Shown: positions 58,270 to 64,000 of the stretch, one piece after another
How positions within the stretch are numbered: position 1 is the stretch's first letter
How the letters are laid out: every line of letters begins with the position of its first letter
Assembly (NCBI GenBank): GCA_030390025.1
Contig: JASTWF010000035.1
Location: 1,364,001 to 1,428,000, forward strand
Origin: Squalus acanthias
Lineage: Eukaryota
Length of the DNA: 64,000 nucleotides
Reading direction: 5' to 3'
Notes under the pieces: generated by a model
Seen by the model: only the letters and a program-made list of their open reading frames with translations
What the model was told of the DNA's origin: nothing
The model's database searches: none
Position numbers and translations under genes: made by a program

Positions 58270-61200
58270 TGTGTGATGGTATGTCATGGTGTTAGGGGGG
58301 TGGGATGGTATGTCATGGTGTTAGGGGGGGTGGGATGGTATGTCGCGGTGTTAGGGGGGTGGGATGGTATGTCGTGGTGTTAGGGTGGGGTGGGATGGTA
58401 TGTCGTGGTGTTAGGGGGTGGGATGGTATGTCGTGGTGTTAGGGTGGGGTGAGATGGTATGTCGTGGTGTTAGGGGGGGTGGGATGGTATGTCGTGGTGT
58501 TAGGGGGGTGGGAAGGTATGTCGTGGTGTTAGGGTGGGGTGGGATGGTATGTCGTGGTGTTAGGGGGGTGGGATGGTATGTCGTGGTGTTAGGGTGGGGT
58601 GAGATGGTATGTCGTGGTGTTAGGGGGGGTGGGATGGTATATCGTGGTGTTAGGGGGGTGGGATGGTATGTCGTGGTGTTAGGGGGGGTGGGATGGTATG
58701 TCGTGGTGTTAGGCGGGGTGGGATGGTATGTCGTGTGTTCGGTGGGGTGGGATGGTGTGTCGTGGTGTTAGGGGGGTGAGATGGTATGCCGTGGTGTTAG
58801 GGCGCGGTGGGATGGTATGTCGTGGTGTTCGGGGGTGTGGGATGGTATGTCGTGCTGTTAGGGGGTGTGGGATGGTATGTCGTGGTGTTAGGGTGGGGTG
58901 AGATGGTACGTCCTGGTGTTAGGGCGGGGTGGGATGGTATGTCGTGGTGTTAGGGCGGGGTGGGATGGTATGTCGTGGTAGGGTGGAGTGAGATGGTATG
59001 TCGTGGTGTTAGGGGGTGGGATGGGATGGTATGTCATGGTGTTAGGGGTGTGGGATGGTATGTCGTGGTGTTAGGGGGGGGTGGGATGGTATGTCGTGGT
59101 GTTAGGGGGGTGTGATGGTATGTCGTGGTGTTAGCGGGGGTGGGATGGTATGTCGTGGTGTTAGGGGGGGTGGGATGGTATGTCGTGGTGTTAGGGCGGG
59201 GTGGGATGGTATGTCGTGGTGTTGGGGGGGTGGGATGGTATGTCGTGGTGTTAGGGCTGGGTGAGATGGTATGTCGTGGTGTTAGGGCGGGGTGGGATGG
59301 TATGTCGTGGTGTTAGGGTGGGGTGGAATGGTATGTCGTGATGTTAGGGCTGGTTCGGATGTTATGTCGTGGTGTTAGGGCGGGGTGGGATGGTATGTTG
59401 TGGTGTTAGGGCGGGGTGTGATGGTATGTCGTGATGTTAGGGCTGGTTGGGATGGAATGTCGTGGTGTTAGGGCAGGGTGGGATGGTATGTCGTGGTGTT
59501 AGGGGGGGTGGGATGTTATGTCGTGGTGTTGGGGCGGTGGGATGGCATGTTGTGGTGTTAGGGAGTGGTGGGATGGTATGTGGTGGTGTTAGGGGGGGTG
59601 GGATGGTATGTGGTAGTGTTGGGGTGGGATGGTATGTCGTGGTGTTAGAGCGGGGTGGGATGGTATGTCGTGGTGTTAGGGTGGGGTGGGATGGTATGTC
59701 GTGGTGTTAGGGCGGGGTGGGATGGTATGTCGTGGTGTTAGGGCGGGGTGGGATGGTATGTCGTGGTGTTAGGGCGGGGTGTGATGGTATGTCGTGATGT
59801 TAGGGCGTGGTGGGATGGTATGTCGTGGTGTTAGGGGGGGTGGGATGGTATGTCGTGGTGTTAGGGGGGTGGGATGGTATGTCGTGGTGTTAGGGCGGGG
59901 TGGGATGGTATGTCGTGGTGTTAGGGGGGGTGGGATGGTATGTCGTGGTGTTAGGGGGGGTGGGATGGTATGTCGTGGTGTTAGGGGGGGTGGGATGGTA
60001 TGTCGTGGTGTTAGGGGGGTGGGATGGTATGTCGTGGTGTTAGGGGGGTGGGATGGTATGTCGTGGTGTTAGGGCTGGGTGGGATGGTATGTCGTGGTGT
60101 TAGGGGGGGTGGGATGGTATGTCGTGGTGTTAGGGGGGGTGGGATGGTATGTCGTGGTGTTAGGGGGGGTGGGATGGTATGTCGTGGTGTTAGTGGGGGT
60201 GGGATGGTATGTCGTGGTGTTAGGGGGGGTGGGATGGTATGTCGTGGTGTTAGGGGGGGTGGGATGGTATGTCGTGGTGTTAGGGCGGGTGGGATGGTAT
60301 GTCGTGGTGTTAGGGGGGTGGGATGGTATGTCGTGGTGTTAGGGGGGTGGGATGGTATGTCGTGGTGTTAGGGGGGTGGGATGGTATGTCGTGGTGTTAG
60401 GGCGGGTGGGATGGTATGTCGTGGTGTTAGGGGGGTGGGATGGTATGTCGTGGTGTTAGGGGGGTGGGATGGTATGTCGTGGTGTTAGGGCGGGGTGGGA
60501 TGGTATGTCGTGGTGTTAGGGCGGGGTGGGATGGTATGTCGTGGTGTTAGGGGCGGTGGGATGGTATGTCGTGGTGTTAGGGGGGGTGGGATGGTATGTC
60601 GTGGTGTTAGGGGGGGTGGGATGGTATGTCGTGGTGTTAGGGGGGTGGGATGGTATGTCGTGGTGTTAGGGTGGGGTGGGATGGTATGTCGTGGTGTTAG
60701 GGTGGGGTGGGATGGTATGTCGTGGTGTTAGGGTGGGGTGGGATGGTATGTCGTGGTGTTAGGGGGGTGGGATGGTATGTCGTGGTGTTAGGTGGGGTGG
60801 GATGGTATGTCGTGGTGTTAGGGCAGGTGGGATGGTATGTCGTGGTGTTAGGGCGGGGTGGATGGTATGTCGTGGTGTTAGGGCGGGTGGGATGGTATGT
60901 TGTGGTGTTAGGGTGGTGTGAGATGGTATGTCGTGGTGTTAGGGCGGGGTGGGATGGTATGTCGTGGTGTTAGGGCGTGGTGGGATGGTATGTCGTGGTG
61001 TTAGGGGGGTGGGATGGTATGTCGTGGTGTTAGGGTGGGGTGAGATGGTATGTCGTGGTGTTAGGGGGGTGGGATGGTATGTCGTGGTGTTAGGGCGGGT
61101 GTGATGGTATGTCGTGGTGTTAGGGTGGGGTGAGATGGTATGTCGTGGTGTTAGGGGGGTGGGATGGTATGTCGTGGTGTTAGGGCGGGGTGGGATGGTA

Positions 61201-62885
61201 TGTCGTGGTGTTAGGGCGGGTGGGATGGTATGTCGTGGTGTTAGGGTGGGGTGGGATGGTATGTCGTGGTGTTAGGGGGGGTGGGATGGTATGTCGTGGT
61301 GTTAGGGCGGGTGGGATGGTATGTCGTGGTGTTAGGGGGGGTGGGATGGTATGTCGTGGTGTTAGGGGGGGTGGGATGGTATGTCGTGGTGTTAGGGTGG
61401 GGTGGGATGGTATGTCGTGGTGTTAGGGGGGGTGGGATGGTATGTCGTGGTGTTAGGGGGTGTGGGATGGTATGTCGTGGTGTTAGGGGGGGTGGGATGG
61501 TATGTCGTGGTGTTAGGGCGGGTGGGATGGTATGTCGTGGTGTTAGGGGGGTGGGATGGTATGTCGTGGTGTTAGGGGGGGTGGGATGGTATGTCGTGGT
61601 GTTAGGGGGGTGGGATGGTATGTCGTGGTGTTAGGGGGGTGGGATGGTATGTCGTGGTGTTAGGGGGGGTGGGATGGTATGTCGTGGTGTTAGGGGGGTG
61701 GGATGGTATGTCGTGGTGTTAGGGCGGGGTGGGATGGTATGTCGTGGTGTTAGGGGGGTGGGATGGTATGTCGTGGTGTTAGGGGGGTGGGATGGCATGT
61801 CGTGGTGTTAGGGTGGGGTGGGATGGTATGTCGTGGTGTTAGTGGCGGTGGGATGGTATGTCGTGGTGTTGGGGTGGGATGGTATGTCGTGGTGTTAGTG
61901 GGGTGGGATGGTATGTCGTGGTGTTAGGGAGGGGTGGGATGGTATGTGGTGGTGTTAGGGCGGGTGGGATGGTATGTCGTGGTGTTAGGGCTGGGTGGGA
62001 TGGTATGTCGTGGTGTTTGGTGGGGTGGGATGGTATGTGGTGGTATTAGGGCAGGTGGGATGGTATGTTGTGGTGTTAGGGCGGGGTGGAATGGTATGTG
62101 GTGGTGTTAGGGCGGGTGGGATGGTATGTTGTGGTGTTAGGGTGGGGTGAGATGGTATGTCGTGGTGTTAGGGCGGGGTGGGATGGTTTGTGGTGGTGTT
62201 AGGGCGGGTGGGATGGTATGTCGTTGTGTTAGGGTGGGGTGGGATGGTATGTCGTGGTGTTAGGGCGGGGTGGGATGGTATGTCGTGATGTTAGGGCTGG
62301 GTGGGATGGTATGTCGTGGTGTTACGGCGGGTGGGATGGTATGTCGTGGTGTTAGGGTGGGGTGAGATGGTATGTCGTGGTGTTAGGGCGGGGTGGGATG
62401 GTATATCGTGGTGTTAGGGGGGGTGGGATGGTATGTCGTGGTGTTAGGGGGGGTGGGCTGGTATGTCGTGGTGTTAGGGTGGGGTGAGATGGTATGTTGT
62501 GTTGGGGCGGGGTGGGATGGTATGTCGTGTTAGGGAGGAGTGAGATGGTATATCGTGGTGTTAGGGTGGGGTGGGATGATATGTCGTGGTGTTAGGGCGG
62601 GGTGGGATGGTATGTCGTGGTGTTAGGGTGGGGTGGGATGGTATGTCGTGGTGTTAGGGTGGGTTGAGATGGTATGTCGTGGTGTTAGGTTGGGTTGGGA
62701 TGGTATGTCGTGGTGTTAGGGGGGGTGGGATGGTATGTCGTGGTGTTAGGGGGATGGGATGGTATGTCATGGTGTTAGGGGGGGTGGGATGGTATGTCGT
62801 GGTGTTGGGGGGATGGGATGGTTTGTCGTGGTGTTGGGGGGATGGGATGGTTTGTCGTGGTGTTGGGGGGATGGGATGGGATGGT
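58270..62885 (+). repeat. About 4.6-kb G/T-rich 29-30-bp minisatellite
   Basis: Unit GGGGGGGTGGGATGGTATGTCGTGGTGTTA; most unit junctions read TTAGGG. Confidence 0.97.
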
Positions 62886-63228
62886 GCAGTGTGAAGCCAC
62901 CAACGGCCGCAGGTGGTGTTGGGACTCAGGGTTGAAGTGATAATGTGGCTCTCCACGGATGCCTTTCCATCCCCACCCCCCAGTTACTCGTGTTACCGCC
63001 ACACTCCCTCAATCTCATCATGTTCCTTCAACTTCCCACTACTCCCCACCTCTGTTTAAAACTACCCACTCAACCCCTGGAGCCTCCTGTCCCCTTGCTC
63101 CATTCTCACTCTTCCTGCACAAATTTAAAGATGGCAGGTAAATTTCTTGGGCCAGTTGCCGTTGTGACTGCGGGGCTAATGATGGGCCGATGTTCACTTC
63201 TGATGATAACAACTCTTTCCTTTCTCAG

Positions 63229-63324
63229 GACCAGAGAGAACAACTTTCTGTATGTGTCCGACCAGGAGATGGTTCATACACAGAGGTACAGTTGAAAAAT
63301 CTTCAGTTTTTCCTAATCTCCTGA
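63229..63324 (+). CDS. Probable host cytoplasmic-tail (terminal) exon; frame uncertain
   Basis: Acceptor aactctttcctttctcAG (63227-63228). Phase 2 gives RTRENNFLYVSDQEMVHTQRYS* (stop ends 63295); phase 0 gives DQREQLSVCVRPGDGSYTEVQLKNLQFFLIS* (stop ends 63324). Confidence 0.5.
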   Translation, partial: DQREQLSVCVRPGDGSYTEVQLKNLQFFLIS

Positions 63325-63544
63325 TCCTTCACCATTAATGTGGGGATTGCTATTGTTCTGTTATAGAAAGATGAAAATTACATTGTGCTGTTGAGGAAGC
63401 TCTGATGTTGGGGCAATATATTCACTGCGATGAAATTTCGACGTGTTTTTGTCTCTTGTCGATTGAGTTTCCTGGAGATGGAACACACGCCATGATATCA
63501 CGGGCTTCGAATGCTTTGACTTCACTGCATGTGCTGATCTGGTT

Positions 63545-63815
63545 GGGGCACAGTGTTAAAATTAGAGCCGGCCATTTAGGAGGGAGATTAGAAAGCATCT
63601 TTTTACAGAAAGGTTAGTGAACTCTGGAACTCTCTTCCCCAGCGGATGCTGGGTCAATTGGAGCTCTCAAGACTGAGATCAATAGATTTTTGTTCGGTAA
63701 GGCTATTTAGGGATATGGAGCGAAGGTGGGTAAATGGGGTTGAGGTACAGACAGCCATGACCTAACAGGCTCGAGGGGTTGAATGGGCTCCTCCTGTCTT
63801 CCTTTGTTCCTATGT
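63545..63815 (+). mobile_element. Degraded CR1 3' end
   Basis: GHSVKIRA..., WNSLPQ-coding sequence and CR1 3' UTR remnants. Confidence 0.8.
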
Positions 63816-64000
63816 GACTTCCCTACTAGGAGCACAGAGTTATCTCTCAGAGCTCAACCCTTTCATTTTGGGATCAGTCTTGCTGCTCTTCATTGTGCCC
63901 TCTCTAATACTTGTGATGTGGTGAATTGAACACAATACTGAAATGTGCACTGTGGAGCCCAGGTGTAATCTTCAGAGACTTCTGCCCAATTATTCTTGCT

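Noticed and set aside
41520..62885. Immunoglobulin switch-like regions
   Set aside because: G-rich and sense-oriented, but the units lack AGCT/WGCW AID hotspots and no Ig constant exons are present.
58270..62885. True interstitial telomere, or Gly/Val-rich protein ORFs
   Set aside because: TTAGGG occurs singly per 30-bp unit and never in tandem; the ORFs are repeat translations.
63131..63137. 7-nt microexon ATGGCAG that would shift the last exon into the SYTEV frame
   Set aside because: The arithmetic fits (phase 2 to 0), but the acceptor context is poor and it cannot be supported without RNA data. GSYTEV is also not a canonical ITIM.

Overview
Repeat-saturated vertebrate genomic DNA. The CR1/L2/RTE/Penelope/Harbinger repertoire suggests a cartilaginous fish, but this is inference only. 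The window appears to be two very large introns of a + strand host gene for a type I membrane protein, with a Ser/Thr-rich stalk exon (3545-3619), a transmembrane exon (41255-41414) and a probable cytoplasmic exon (from 63229). The introns contain: (i) an internally deleted retrovirus-like LTR element (18564-21668, - strand; tRNA-Leu PBS, PPT, integrase fragment) whose env resembles a paramyxovirus-type class I F fusion protein rather than a normal retroviral Env, which is the strongest candidate for novelty; (ii) a complete PIF/Harbinger transposon (28827-35957) with a transposase and a three-exon Myb/SANT gene, plus non-autonomous relatives; (iii) Penelope elements carrying minimal hammerhead ribozyme motifs, one arranged as a ~950-bp inverted repeat with a 14-bp TSD; (iv) a LINE whose 5' end is a tRNA-like Pol III head joined to an APE endonuclease ORF; (v) a five-level nested insertion stack; (vi) a 218-bp solo LTR; and (vii) two multi-kb G-rich minisatellites, one of which has amplified a CR1 insertion three times. 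No prokaryotic features or CRISPR arrays are present. Family assignments come from motif recognition by eye; no database searches were run.
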